28,390 bases of DNA, taken from an uncultured archaeon (GTDB lineage: Archaea; Iainarchaeota; Iainarchaeia; Iainarchaeales; CSSED10-239). This document shows, in pieces, positions 1 through 9,062 of the stretch. The stretch's first letter is position 1. Each line of letters starts with the position of its first letter. The stretch lies in contig CAZQEL010000010.1 in NCBI GenBank assembly GCA_964591795.1, forward strand, positions 1-28,390, read 5' to 3'. A program made the translations under genes and the position numbers. Under the pieces are notes generated by a model that ran no database searches, was not told where the DNA came from, and was given only the letters and a program-made list of their open reading frames with translations.

Positions 1-384
1 AAATCAGAAACATCTAGTGACCCTCGTAGGATCACTAGGGCTCATATTAATTAATATAAGAAACATAATATATATAAATATGTTGTTTTTCATTTTGAAT
101 ATATATACAAATATAATATTAAGTTAAGTATATTGAATAAATATATATAACTCTTTTAGATAAAATAGCTTGGTTTATAGTAAATATTATTGCTTGGCCT
201 TTTATTTTACTTAGAAATGTATTTATTTATTATCTTTTAGTAATACTAATATTTGTTTCTAGTTTTGGTATATTTTGTTTAATTGATAAGTTTAAGACTT
301 TTGAAAAATTATTAGGCATGTTATTTAGTAAATAACAGGATATGTTGGATAGTTCTATTTAAATTATTTTTAAAATATAAATTA

Positions 385-669
385 CTATAAATTAATTTTA
401 TTTTTATTTTTATTTTTATTAGTAGCATCTTTTATTTTAATCATTGGAATACCTATTTCTCTAGTAAAAATAGAAATATGAGATAATTTAGTGCCATTTT
501 CTATAATAATACTTTTAACATCATATAATTTAGGTAGTATATCTAAAGTTATTTTCTTAACTACTATAACTTTATTTTTAATATTTTTATTTAAATCTTC
601 CTTTGATAAAATTAATATAACTTCATTTTTTATTTTTCCAGGTGATAATATATCATTCAAAGTCATCAC
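385..669 (-). CDS. stand-alone PEP-utilising-enzyme mobile (swivelling phosphohistidine) domain protein
   Basis: 94-aa ORF. NGTKLSHISIFTREIGIPMI matches the GGxTSHAAIxARExGIP phosphohistidine signature of PEP synthase/PPDK/Enzyme I mobile domains. The C-terminal NKNKNKNK tail is encoded by a tandem hexamer repeat near 390-420. Confidence 0.6.
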   Translation of the reverse strand: MMTLNDILSPGKIKNEVILILSKEDLNKNIKNKVIVVKKITLDILPKLYDVKSIIIENGTKLSHISIFTREIGIPMIKIKDATNKNKNKNKINL

Positions 670-968
670 CTAATATACTGAAACGGTTTTTAAATTAGGA
701 ACTTTATTTCAAAATACTCTATATTTCCTAAGTAATTGATAAACAATTACTATTAAATTTCCAAAAATTCATTTAGTTTTAGTATATTAATATTTATTGG
801 AGTAATAGAAAAATTATAATAATTAGGCTTAATCTTTTTCTTGGATAGCTACCCCTCCGAAAATAATATATTAATCAAAATAGTTAATATATACTATAAT
901 AGTTGATATTTTATTAAAAAATAAATAATATCGAAAGATAATGAGTTAAATTAGAAAGTGGTTTAAAG

Positions 969-1814
969 ATGAATGAAATTAAAGTTTTAGATGCAAAAAT
1001 ATCTTTTTATAAACAAAAAGATGGCGATTATATTTCACTTACAGATATTTCAAAATATAAAAATACAAAAACAACTGGTTTAGTTATATCACATTGGATG
1101 AGTACTAAATATACTATCGAATTTATGGGATTATGGGAAAAAATGCATTATTCTAATTTTAATGTTACGGAATTAAGTAATATTAAAAATTAAGCAGGTT
1201 CAAATGGATTTATTCTTTCTAGTAAAAATTGGATTAATAGAACAGAAGCTATAGGTATTATTTCAAAAGCTGGAAGATATGGTGGAACATATGCTCATAA
1301 AGATATAGCTTTTGAATTTGCATCTTGGATTTATCCTGAATTTAAATTATATTTAATTAAAGAATTTCAAAGATTAAAATTAAATGAAAATAAACAATTT
1401 AACTTAGAATGGAATGTTAAAAGACAATTAACCAAAATTAATTATTTAATTCACACAGATGCAATTAAAAATAAATTAATTCCTATGAAATTAACAATAA
1501 AACAAAAAAATAAAATATATTCTAATGAAGCAGATATTTTAAATATGAATTTATTTGGAGTAACTGCAAAAGAATGGAGAAATAAAAATAAAGGTAAAAT
1601 AGGAAATATTAGAGATTATGCAAATATATCTCAATTAGTTTGTTTATCAAATCTTGAAAATATAAATGCTTTATTAATTAATGAAAATATGAGTCAGTTA
1701 AAAAGATTATCAAAATTAAATACTATTGCGATTTATCAAATGAATTTATTAATAAAATCAAATCATTTAGTTAGTATAAATAAAAAGGTTAAAAGAATAA
1801 TAACAAATATTTAA
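969..1814 (+). pseudogene. KilA-N domain DNA-binding protein interrupted by a single in-frame TAA (1191-1193)
   Basis: ORFs 969-1193 and 1485-1814 are in the same frame, and my translation of 1194-1484 has no stop and no Met. The joined product carries the KilA-N core (DYISLTDISKY...GRYGGTYAHKDIAFEFASWIYPEFKLYLIKEFQRLK). The stop falls where, from memory, homologues have E/Q before the AGSN motif, which fits a GAA/CAA to TAA point change. Confidence 0.7.
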
Positions 1815-1908
1815 AACTTTTTTAAAAATAGTGTTATTTGATGGATATATTGGTCAATTAAAAAGAAAGTATATAAAAAACAGAGATACATATAACCCAA
1901 AAAAAGGA

Positions 1909-1980
1909 AGCCTCTAGAGGGATTTGAACCCTCGACCTACAGTTTACAAGACTGCCGCTCTGCCACTGAGCTATAGAGGC
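1909..1980 (-). tRNA. tRNA-Thr (anticodon UGU), no encoded CCA
   Basis: Minus-strand sequence GCCTCTA-TA-GCTC-AGTGGCA-GAGC-G-GCAGT-CTTGTAA-ACTGT-AGGTC-GAGGG-TTCAAAT-CCCTC-TAGAGGC-T folds into a canonical cloverleaf. The anticodon loop CTTGTAA gives TGT. Confidence 0.9.
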
Positions 1981-2100
1981 TAATTATATTTTTCTGATTT
2001 CTTTTAAAAACAATAAAAGCAGACTATATATAAATATTATATAACTAAAACTTTAAAAACGTAATGCTTTTTATTTTTCTAATATTATAGTTTAAACCTT

Positions 2101-2532
2101 TTAGAAAGGCAATTTTATTAAATCAATTAAATTATATCTTATAGCCATTAACACAATGAATGCAAGTAAAATTAGTACTGCAAGTAAAGAAATTAAATCA
2201 CTTATCTTTATTTTTCTATGTGGTTTTAATGATATTTCTTTTTTAATAATTGGTGTTTCTTTTTTAGTTTTTTTTGTTCTAATGTTTTTATCAATAACTT
2301 TTGCATTATTTGAAGGTTTTTTTTTATAGGTCATTTTTTGACCATATATTTGTTCGTATTTCTCAACATAATTTGGTTCTAGTATGCCGTGTGTTTGGTT
2401 ATAGTGAGTAATATTCTCTTTAATTTCATCAAGTACATAGTTATTTTGTAAGAGTATATCTGTTATTTCAATGTCTGATAGTCTTTTATTCTTTAAGTTG
2501 TTTATTATTTCAATTAATTTGTCATCTATCAT
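2101..2532 (-). CDS. hypothetical tail-anchored membrane protein (last gene of the ABC operon)
   Basis: 143-aa ORF with a Lys-rich linker and one C-terminal TM helix (LISLLAVLILLAFIVLMAI). It is co-directional with and 75 nt downstream of the permease gene. No recognisable domain. Confidence 0.45.
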   Translation of the reverse strand: MIDDKLIEIINNLKNKRLSDIEITDILLQNNYVLDEIKENITHYNQTHGILEPNYVEKYEQIYGQKMTYKKKPSNNAKVIDKNIRTKKTKKETPIIKKEISLKPHRKIKISDLISLLAVLILLAFIVLMAIRYNLIDLIKLPF

Positions 2533-2607
2533 GTTTACTCTTTTTATATTTAATAATTATAAATATTAAAACAATAATAAATATAAATATATCTAATATT
2601 GTGTAAT

Positions 2608-3840
2608 TTAGATTGTTTTTCTTAATGCATCAACAATATTCATTTTAGCTGCTTTTTTAGAAGGTAAAAATCCAGCTAAGAAACCAACGATAAGTGAAAC
2701 ACCAATGGCAAGTAAAATAATTTTTCCAGAAACAATTACCATTAGTGTAATGGCTCCTTGACTTTCAACATAATATTCAATAGATTTACCTATTAAAATA
2801 CCAAGTCCTAGCCCGACAAGGCCACCAAATAAAGATAAAATCATTGATTCTGATATAAATATAAAATTAATATCCTCTCTTCTAGCACCTAGAGATTTTA
2901 ATATGCCAATTTCTTTTGTTCTTTCAATAACAGAGGTGTATATAGAGTTCATAATTCCAATACTTGCAACAATAATTGAAATTAATCCAATTGAAACTAA
3001 AATTGTTTGTAAAAGACCTAATACTGATTTTATCATAGTTAGAACTTGTGTTGCTGTAATTATAAAAAATTTGTCTTTACCATATTCTTTTTCTAGTCTT
3101 TTTTGAATTTTATTTTTAATAAGTAATGGATCATATTCTGGTTTTACACTTGCATATATTTGATCAACAGTGTCTTCTATATCAAATATAGCCTGTCCAC
3201 TTTTGTTTGTAATATATGCTTGAGAATCATCTTGTAAGTTTCCAATTGGTTCTAATATTCCAATAACTTTAAATTCTATAGCTTGAATTTTAATTTTTTG
3301 TCCAACTCTAATTGGTTTTTTAAATAAATTATCTGCAAGATAGGGTCCTAGTATTATATTATTTCCTTCAGTTCCTTGTAAGCTTTTACCTTCCCTTAGT
3401 CCAATATTCATAATACCGAAGGTTTTGTCTGCAAGTTTTGGATCCAGCATTATTACAAACTGATATTTTTCTTCAGTTTTGTATTCTAGTTTTGCAGTTC
3501 TAAATGAAAAGCCGATAACGTAGTCTACTTCGTTTATTTTTCTAATTATATCCAGGTCATGTTGCGTTACTTGGATATTTTCTGAAGTCCTACCAATGCT
3601 TTGAGTTGGGCCACTTTTAAAACTAATTGGAAATATAAAAATAGTATTTATTCCCATGCTTGTGAAAGTGTCTTCAACATAGTTTACAAGTCCATCACTT
3701 ATTAAAAAAATAGAAACAATTGTTGCAATTCCAATTACAACAGCTATAATTGTTAAAATTGATCTTAGTTTTCTTCTAAATATACTTTTAATTGTTAAAT
3801 CAATTAAATGTTTATATTTTTGAGTGTTCATATTTTCCAA
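2608..3840 (-). CDS. ABC transporter permease, FtsX/MacB family
   Basis: 410 aa. N-terminal TM helix after an RRKLRS motif, a large extracytoplasmic MacB-like domain and a C-terminal FtsX 3-TM bundle (ERTKEIGILKSLGARREDI ... LPSKKAAKMNIVDALR). Confidence 0.85.
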   Translation of the reverse strand: MENMNTQKYKHLIDLTIKSIFRRKLRSILTIIAVVIGIATIVSIFLISDGLVNYVEDTFTSMGINTIFIFPISFKSGPTQSIGRTSENIQVTQHDLDIIRKINEVDYVIGFSFRTAKLEYKTEEKYQFVIMLDPKLADKTFGIMNIGLREGKSLQGTEGNNIILGPYLADNLFKKPIRVGQKIKIQAIEFKVIGILEPIGNLQDDSQAYITNKSGQAIFDIEDTVDQIYASVKPEYDPLLIKNKIQKRLEKEYGKDKFFIITATQVLTMIKSVLGLLQTILVSIGLISIIVASIGIMNSIYTSVIERTKEIGILKSLGARREDINFIFISESMILSLFGGLVGLGLGILIGKSIEYYVESQGAITLMVIVSGKIILLAIGVSLIVGFLAGFLPSKKAAKMNIVDALRKTI

Positions 3841-3878
3841 AAAAGTTTATTTTAATTTAAAAAAAAAAAAGAAAAAAA

Positions 3879-5120
3879 TTATTTTCTTTTAAATATACCA
3901 ATTATTACTCTATATGCTGGTTTAATTAGAATTTTAATTAACCATCTTAAAAGTAAAATGAAAACAGCAAGGCCTAAAATAAATCCAATTATTCCAAAAA
4001 TAGACATTATGGCATTGTTAACTCCTTTTCCATTTGTTGAAAAATCAGTTTCTACTGTAATTGTTTGAGTTATTTTTTGTTCTTTTAAAGTATTGTCTTT
4101 GTAGAATAAATTAACTGTGATTGTACTTTCTTTTGCATCGATATTAGTTGTATTTAATGTGATGTCTATAGTATCATAGTTGTTTTTTTCAATAGATCCA
4201 ATAAATTCTTGTGTGCTTTTAATATTAGTTCCTTCTATTGTAACATATGAAACCTCAGTATCAACATTTCCAATGTTGTATATCTCTAATGATATTTTTT
4301 CTTCATTATTTGGTTTTATTTTAAAATTTGTTCCTACATTTGTAATGTTTAGTATCATTTTTGGTTGGTCAATTATTTTTATTCCAATATTTCTAGTCAA
4401 ATTATAGTTTCTATCAACATCTGAATAATTAATTGTAATTGGTAATGTATAACTTGATGTTGTTACAACTTTTGATACATTTATTTTGAATATAATTTGT
4501 TTTTCTTCGCCAACATTTATTTTTTCTAAATATTGAGTTTTAAGATCTATTACTTTAATAATTTCATCAACTGAATCATCTACTGTTATGAAAATATCTT
4601 TAGCGTCTTTCTTACCTAAGTTTTTAAGAGTTAATACAAATTGAGAATCATTACCAATACTTGCTTCTTGTATTTCTGAAGATATCACATCAACAATTGC
4701 AGATTGTCCTTTAATATCAATTATGTATTTTTTAATATTGTATATTGACACACCATCTCTTTTGTATCTAAATTCAAGATCATATGTGCCTGTAACAACA
4801 TCACTGTTAGTTTTTAATTTATATTTAATTATTTTTGTTTGGTACGGTTCAAGAACAGGTATTTTTCCTTCATTTTCTGAAATTAAAATAAAAGGATATT
4901 CTGTTTCTAAAAAGTAATCTATATTTTTTGCAGCAGTATTACTTTCGTTTGTTAATTGAATCCATATTTCAAATTCTTCACCAGATATAACTGGTGTTGG
5001 ATTATAATTATAAGTATCTGCATTTAAGTTAATTATATCATAGTTTGTTGTTGCTGCATATATTGGAGTTATAATCAATAATAATGCAATTATTCCTAAT
5101 AAAACTGTTTTTAAATTCAT
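3879..5120 (-). CDS. secreted, C-terminally anchored beta-rich repeat protein (CARDB / COG1361 S-layer-like domains)
   Basis: 413 aa. Signal peptide MNLKTVLLGIIALLLIITPIYA, about three ~100-aa beta-sandwich-like repeats and a C-terminal TM anchor plus basic tail. It sits between the two FtsX permease genes, a known archaeal arrangement (recalled, not searched). Confidence 0.55.
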   Translation of the reverse strand: MNLKTVLLGIIALLLIITPIYAATTNYDIINLNADTYNYNPTPVISGEEFEIWIQLTNESNTAAKNIDYFLETEYPFILISENEGKIPVLEPYQTKIIKYKLKTNSDVVTGTYDLEFRYKRDGVSIYNIKKYIIDIKGQSAIVDVISSEIQEASIGNDSQFVLTLKNLGKKDAKDIFITVDDSVDEIIKVIDLKTQYLEKINVGEEKQIIFKINVSKVVTTSSYTLPITINYSDVDRNYNLTRNIGIKIIDQPKMILNITNVGTNFKIKPNNEEKISLEIYNIGNVDTEVSYVTIEGTNIKSTQEFIGSIEKNNYDTIDITLNTTNIDAKESTITVNLFYKDNTLKEQKITQTITVETDFSTNGKGVNNAIMSIFGIIGFILGLAVFILLLRWLIKILIKPAYRVIIGIFKRK

Positions 5121-5260
5121 TTTGTTTTCACCTTTAATTTATTCTTGTTATTTTTAAATTTTTATTATAATTTAAATTTTTTTTAAAAGTATAGTTTGTT
5201 TATTGTATACTTTAATAAATGCTTTTTGTTTTTTATATGTTCATATTTTGTAGGTATAAT

Positions 5261-6451
5261 TTATTCTTCTCTTAATGAGTCTATTGCTTGTTGTTTTGAT
5301 GCTTGATATGCTGGAAGTAAACCAGCTAACAAACCAAGTGTAAATGAAAATCCTAATGCAATTATTATTATTGTTGCACTATATGATACAATAATATTTG
5401 TTCCTAATAGATTTCCAATAATATTAACTATAAAAGAAATTAAAAAGCCACCTATTGTACCAATTATTCCTCCAATTAGTCCAATAATACCAGCTTCAAG
5501 TAAAAATATTTTTAAAATATCTTTTTGCTTTGCTCCAATTGCTTTCATAATACCAATTTCTTTTTTTCTTTCTAAAACTGAAGTATACATTGAATTAAGT
5601 ACTCCAATTCCACCAACTAATAAAGAAATTGCTGCAATTCCTATTACTACCATAGATATTACATTTAATGTGCTATCTCTGTCTTCTGCAGCTTTAGTTG
5701 GAGTTGTTACTACAAAATCATCATCTTTTCTTGCACTTTCAAGTTTTATTGCTATTTTTTTACCAGTATCATCCATATTAGCATTATCTTTTATTACAAC
5801 TAATATTGTATCTACTGTTGTGTCACTTGAATCTGTAATTTCTCTTAAATTTTTAATTGATATATAAATTATTCTATCAGCGTTTTTGTTACCTGTGTCT
5901 TTTAATATTCCAACAACTTTGTAATTTTTATTATTTATTTTTATAGTATCTTGTAGTTTTACTTTTTTTCCATAAAATTGATCACTATTAAATAAATCAT
6001 ATCCTATTACAATTTCACTTGCACTATCTGAATCAATGAATTTTCCTTTTAAAAGTTCTTGTCCTTCTTGTTTTAAGATATCTGCATAATGTTTAGTTCC
6101 ATATGATTTTAATGTTGTAAATTTTTCTTTTCTTGAAAATTCTGATAACGAACTTGAACTTAAATATCCTGTTGCAAAATTTACTTCAGATACTTTTTCA
6201 ACATCTTTTATATCATCTGAACTTAAACCGATTGAAGAACTTTGTCCAAATTGTGTATATTTAGAAGATATTGTAATTTTTTGAGCTCCTGTTTTTGAAA
6301 ATTCATTAGCTATTCCAGTTTTTAATCCTTCAGAAAGTGACATTAATGAAACAATTGCAATAACACCTACAATTATACCTATTATTGTTAAATAACTTCT
6401 TAGTTTTCTTCTTCTAAGATTCATTACTACAAATCTGAATAATTGTTTCAT
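5261..6451 (-). CDS. ABC transporter permease, FtsX/MacB family
   Basis: 396 aa. RRRKLRS N-terminal TM, extracytoplasmic domain and an FtsX C-terminal module (ERKKEIGIMKAIGAKQKDI ... LPAYQASKQQAIDSLRE). It overlaps the ATPase gene by 4 nt, suggesting translational coupling. Confidence 0.85.
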   Translation of the reverse strand: MKQLFRFVVMNLRRRKLRSYLTIIGIIVGVIAIVSLMSLSEGLKTGIANEFSKTGAQKITISSKYTQFGQSSSIGLSSDDIKDVEKVSEVNFATGYLSSSSLSEFSRKEKFTTLKSYGTKHYADILKQEGQELLKGKFIDSDSASEIVIGYDLFNSDQFYGKKVKLQDTIKINNKNYKVVGILKDTGNKNADRIIYISIKNLREITDSSDTTVDTILVVIKDNANMDDTGKKIAIKLESARKDDDFVVTTPTKAAEDRDSTLNVISMVVIGIAAISLLVGGIGVLNSMYTSVLERKKEIGIMKAIGAKQKDILKIFLLEAGIIGLIGGIIGTIGGFLISFIVNIIGNLLGTNIIVSYSATIIIIALGFSFTLGLLAGLLPAYQASKQQAIDSLREE

Positions 6452-7152
6452 TTTTTTTCTTTATTTATTTTATCTTCAATTATTTTTCCGTCTTTTAGTG
6501 TAATTATTCTTTTAGCGTTTATTGCTATATTTTTATCATGAGTAATAATAATTATTGTTTTTCCTGATTTGTTTAGTTTTTTAAATAAATCAATTATTTC
6601 TTTTGAAGATTTAGAATCAAGTGCTCCAGTTGGTTCGTCACCTAGTATTATTTCTGGGTCATTTGCAAGTGATCTTGCGATTGCAACTCTTTGTTGTTGA
6701 CCACCTGATAATTCTGTTGGTTTATGGTTAAGTCTATCTTTAAGCCCAACAATATCTAAAAGATTAGTACAACGTTTATTGTATATATTTTCATTTTCTT
6801 CATCTTGAAAAAGAACAGGAAGACGTACATTTTCAAAAGCTGATAATGTGTTTATAAGATTAAAGTCTTGAAAAACAAAACCAATTGTTTTACCTCTTAA
6901 TTCTGCTAATTGATCTTCAGTGTAATTATTAAGTTTACTTTTGTTTATTGAAATTTCACCTTTAGTTGGAAGATCAAGTGCACCTATTAAATGCATCATT
7001 GTTGATTTACCAGAACCAGATGCACCCATGATTGCAACAAATTCTTTTGAGAATATTTGAAGGGATACATTATTAACTGCTTTAACTTCAACTTCACCCA
7101 TTTTGTATATTTTAGATACGTTTTTTAATTCTACAATAGGTTTTTCAATCAT
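6448..7152 (-). CDS. ABC transporter ATP-binding protein (MacB/LolD-like)
   Basis: Walker A GASGSGKST, ABC signature LSGGQQQRVAIARSL, Walker B IILGDEPTGALD and H-loop ITHD. Confidence 0.95.
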   Translation of the reverse strand: MIEKPIVELKNVSKIYKMGEVEVKAVNNVSLQIFSKEFVAIMGASGSGKSTMMHLIGALDLPTKGEISINKSKLNNYTEDQLAELRGKTIGFVFQDFNLINTLSAFENVRLPVLFQDEENENIYNKRCTNLLDIVGLKDRLNHKPTELSGGQQQRVAIARSLANDPEIILGDEPTGALDSKSSKEIIDLFKKLNKSGKTIIIITHDKNIAINAKRIITLKDGKIIEDKINKEKK

Positions 7153-7182
7153 GTTTAGTCTTTCTTTTAATTATAAAAATAG

Positions 7183-7200
7183 TATATATATATATATATA
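7183..7200. repeat. (TA)9 dinucleotide microsatellite in a divergent promoter region
   Basis: tatatatatatatatata lies between the divergently transcribed ABC ATPase and MscS genes. Confidence 0.8.
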
Positions 7201-7277
7201 TTATTGAGTATATATCCATATAAATATTTTGGTATAATATATATTAGTAAATACAAATTTAAAATTAAAAATGTGAT

Positions 7278-8342
7278 ATGATTATGGTTGAATTTATGTT
7301 ATTTGGAAATACTTTAGTAAATTATTTATGGTTTATTTTATTTGTTGTTATTGGTTTTGTTGTTGGAAGTATTGTTGTTTATTTTAGTAAACATGTGTTA
7401 CATAAATTAACAAAATATACTAAAACTAAAGTTGATGATATAATTTCAAATATTTTATCAAAACCTTTACCATTAAAAATTGTAATTATAACAATATTTT
7501 TCAATATTGGTTTTAACTATTTAATAGTATCTGTTTGGTGGACTAAATTTATTAAAGAAGTTTCTTTTTTAGTTTATGTTTTTGCAATTACTTTGTTTAT
7601 TATTAAATTTTGTATTGGTTTAATTGAAGAATATTTAGAAGTTTATGCTCAAAAAACAGATTCTAAGTATGATGATCAATTAATTCCTTTATTAAAATCA
7701 TTAATTAAAATTATATTTTTTATAATAGCAATACTATTAATTATTTCAAATTTTGGATATAATATAAGTGCTTTACTTGCAGGATTAGGTATTGGTGGTC
7801 TTGCTGTAGCTATGGCATCTAAAGATATTGTTGAAAATTTTTTAGCTGGTATTGTTATTTTTGTTGAAAAACCTTTTAAAATAACTGATATTTTAAAAAC
7901 TTCTGATGGTGTTGGAATTGTTGAAGAAATTGGAATTAGATCTACAAAAATAAGAACTTTTGATAATACCTTAGTTGTAATTCCAAATAGAAATGTATCT
8001 TCAAATTCAGTTGAAAATATTTCTGCAAGAAGAGCAAGAAAACAAAATTTTTCAATAGGTTTAGTTTATTTAACTTCAGTTAAAAAAATGGAAGATGCAA
8101 AAAAAATAATTATTAATATTTTTAAAAGTAATAAAGATATTGAACAAGATTCTTTTATAGTTTCATTTGAATCATTTGGAGATTATTCTTTAAATATTAG
8201 GGTTATGTATTGGATTTCAGAAATGGATTATTTTAAATATCTTAAAGTAAGAGATCATGTGAATATGACTATTAAAAAAGAATTTGAAAAAGCAAAAATT
8301 GAGATGGCATTCCCAACACAAACAGTTGAAATTAGTAAATAG
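7278..8342 (+). CDS. small-conductance mechanosensitive channel (MscS family)
   Basis: N-terminal TM helices followed by the MscS core GLGIGGLAVAMASKDIVENFLAGIVIFVEKPFKITDIL...GIVEEIGIRSTKIRTFDNTLVVIPNRNVSSNSVENIS. The start could instead be the ATG at 7293. Confidence 0.85.
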   Translation: MIMVEFMLFGNTLVNYLWFILFVVIGFVVGSIVVYFSKHVLHKLTKYTKTKVDDIISNILSKPLPLKIVIITIFFNIGFNYLIVSVWWTKFIKEVSFLVYVFAITLFIIKFCIGLIEEYLEVYAQKTDSKYDDQLIPLLKSLIKIIFFIIAILLIISNFGYNISALLAGLGIGGLAVAMASKDIVENFLAGIVIFVEKPFKITDILKTSDGVGIVEEIGIRSTKIRTFDNTLVVIPNRNVSSNSVENISARRARKQNFSIGLVYLTSVKKMEDAKKIIINIFKSNKDIEQDSFIVSFESFGDYSLNIRVMYWISEMDYFKYLKVRDHVNMTIKKEFEKAKIEMAFPTQTVEISK

Positions 8343-8358
8343 TTTTGGTTTTTAAAAT

Positions 8359-8973
8359 ATGGTTAGTAATATTACACCTGAACAGGAATTTTCAGATCCT
8401 AATTACTTTTATACTGAAGAAGAATCTGAAAGATATAACAATAGCTCAGGAATGAGAAATACACAGGAGCAGTTAACTAAAATTGCTCTTGATTTATCTA
8501 CTTCTATTTCAAGCATTAAAACTATTGATATTTTAGATGTTGGGTGTGGAACTGGTTTTTCACTTGAATATTTAATTTTTTTAGGATATTTGAATCTTAA
8601 GGGAATTGATCCTTCAAAAGAAATGGTGAAGATTGCAAAAAATAAAAAATTAAAAGTAAAGCTTGGTGGTTTTAAAGATTTATCCAAAATTACTGAAAAA
8701 TATGATTTAATAATATCAATTTCTGCACTTCAATGGATACTTTCAAACAAACAAGATATTGAAATTAAAAATATTATAAAGAAAGTAGGTAAGGAATTTA
8801 AAAGACTTTTAAAAAAACCAGGTTTTGCAATTATTCAATTTTATCCTGAAAAACCCGATATTTTTAAAACCATTATATCTTCTTTTAATCGTTGTGAACT
8901 TAAAGCAAGTGCTTACATATATAATTCTGATTCTTTGAAAAAAAGAAAATTTTTCATAATTTTAGAAAACTAA
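8359..8973 (+). CDS. class I SAM-dependent methyltransferase, Bud23/WBSCR22-like (putative SSU rRNA m7G methyltransferase)
   Basis: N-terminal PE..F....FYTEEESERYNNSS resembles the Bud23 PEIFYNDSEAHKYTGS block. Other matches are SAM motif I ILDVGCGTGFS, ISISALQWI, QFYPEKPD and the C-terminal KKRKFFIILE, which parallel yeast Bud23 as I recall it. Confidence 0.7.
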   Translation: MVSNITPEQEFSDPNYFYTEEESERYNNSSGMRNTQEQLTKIALDLSTSISSIKTIDILDVGCGTGFSLEYLIFLGYLNLKGIDPSKEMVKIAKNKKLKVKLGGFKDLSKITEKYDLIISISALQWILSNKQDIEIKNIIKKVGKEFKRLLKKPGFAIIQFYPEKPDIFKTIISSFNRCELKASAYIYNSDSLKKRKFFIILEN

Positions 8974-9062
8974 TTTTTAAGAGAAATGTTTTTAAACGTA
9001 ATATACAATATATAATAGTAATTGTTATAATATAATATTTTTAATATATTTAAGGTTTTAAA

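Noticed and set aside
141-338. Open frame encoding a two-TM-like peptide (IYITLLDKIAWFIVNIIAWPFILL...LFSK)
   Set aside because: There is no ATG/GTG/TTG start anywhere before its last few codons, and a stop lies immediately upstream at 138-140. It cannot be supported as a gene.
661-668. GTGATGA on the minus strand resembling a C box
   Set aside because: It is the ATG-ATG-ACT start of the 385-669 CDS, and no D' / C' / D boxes follow at the proper spacing.
1191-1193. Possibility that TAA is recoded as a sense codon (alternative genetic code)
   Set aside because: TAA terminates many clearly complete genes in this window (for example the ABC permeases, MscS, GTPase and RSH), so a nonsense mutation or variant is far more likely.
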